Source: Wolbachia endosymbiont of Onchocerca ochengi (GTDB lineage: Bacteria > Pseudomonadota > Alphaproteobacteria > Rickettsiales > Anaplasmataceae). From it: 32,000 bases of DNA. Shown here in pieces: positions 30,876 through 32,000 of the stretch (position 1 is its first letter; each line of letters begins with the position of its first letter). Where the stretch lies: assembly GCF_000306885.1 (NCBI RefSeq), contig NC_018267.1, positions 780,001-812,000 on the forward strand, in the 5' to 3' direction. Both the position numbers and the translations under genes were made by a program. The notes below the pieces were generated by a model. The model searched no databases. It worked only from the letters and a program-made list of their open reading frames with translations, and was not told the DNA's origin.

Positions 30876-32000
30876 ATGAACATCGAAAAAGTGAGAGAGA
30901 GAAACTTTCGCTTTGAGTAAGTTACTTAATAACTTTGAGAAACAGATAGACTTTAACGAACAGTTTACATCTGAGCCTAATTCAGGCTTAGTTATAAGAT
31001 ACCCAGTGAGCATCAAGCTATAAACTGAAACTAAAAGTAATTTTGCTATTCACTTAGTACAAGTAATCACATTGTTCCTATTTATAATAGGACTGGTAAT
31101 AAACTTGCTTATTTTAATAGTAATTCAGTATCCATCTTTAGATTTGAAAGTACCGGTCAATTTATGGAAATTATAAAAAATGAGTAAAATCTGCTAACTT
31201 TGAAATAGGGGACAAAGGCTTACTTTGTCGAACACTTTGATGTTAATAAAGTTAATAGTAAATCATTCAGTGAAGATAGGTAAATTTCAGCAAACAAGAT
31301 TAAGGTAAAGTGTTAATTTCTAGGAGAATAAGATAAGGAGCTTGGTCTAGAGTATTGTTATACAGTTTTAATACTAGAGAATATCTTTGTGACTTGGAAA
31401 ATAGAGAGAATATAGAAGAGTAATGTAAGAATAAGATCAATTTTTTTTGAAGGCTTGAAACGCAAGCTTGAAGAAGCAGAGCAGACACATAGAAACAATT
31501 TTTATTGGGAAAGCCGGTTTGAAAGAAGCAATTAATTTTATAGCAACAAGCTCATTGCTGATTTTTTTACTGGTCTAATCCGATTAGGAAGCTAATTGTC
31601 TAAGAAAGCAGATGATAAACATGAGACTCATCTAAATGATCTAACAGTGGACAGCCAAGTTCCTAATATTTTTTGTCACACTGTTTTTATTTAATACTTC
31701 TTACTGGTGAATATATCATACTGTTGTCACTTTAAATCTGCAAAATTATTCTAACTTCTAGTTTTGATTAGAAGAAAATAAAAAAACAGGGGAATAGGGT
31801 AAACCAGGCTTTATATAGTGATATATCAGTCGCAGGCTTTGTTGTGTAGCGAGTAGTAGCAAAAGAGAAGAAAAAAAGGAAATTTGAAAGGAAGCGATTA
31901 TTCTTTTGAAAAATGAATATTTTGAGAAGTAAAAGTTATTATTGTAGCAGGTTTCGAGCTATAGCAAACTAATTATAGAGAAAAGTTCAGAGAAAAAAGA

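Noticed and set aside
1-32000. CRISPR arrays, tRNA/rRNA genes, prophage or complete IS elements
   Set aside because: No regularly spaced direct repeats, no tRNA-like cloverleaf with a GGTTCRANTCC arm, no rRNA signatures and no intact transposase or phage gene seen by eye. A tRNAscan/Infernal run would be needed to exclude small RNAs fully.

Overview
This 32 kb AT-rich window looks like a housekeeping stretch of an obligate intracellular alphaproteobacterium. The protein content most resembles Wolbachia (Anaplasmataceae); that is my inference from family recognition, and no search was run. Intact genes recognised: argS, a NhaC-type Na+/H+ antiporter, an RluC/RluD pseudouridine synthase, pdhA, hemJ, pstB, dapB, holA, znuB, a Mth938-domain gene, ispE, addA, secG, pyrG, tadA, a ProP-like MFS transporter, murE, metC, bolA, coxC (COX III) and metK. 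There is also one uncharacterised Gly/Ser-rich 169-aa ORF preceded by a good sigma70-like promoter. Coding density is interrupted by several 0.7-2.3 kb stretches with no long ORF. Reading these by eye shows decayed genes: a clear multiply frameshifted dxr (DXP reductoisomerase) relic at about 6867-7900, a C-terminal remnant of a Rpn/PD-(D/E)XK transposase-nuclease at about 20885-21122, and an ankyrin-repeat relic at about 30213-30875 with further decayed sequence after it. The most interesting observation is the dxr decay next to an apparently intact ispE of the same (MEP) pathway. I found no convincing new defence, CRISPR, phage or secretion system, and no tRNA or rRNA gene I could support.
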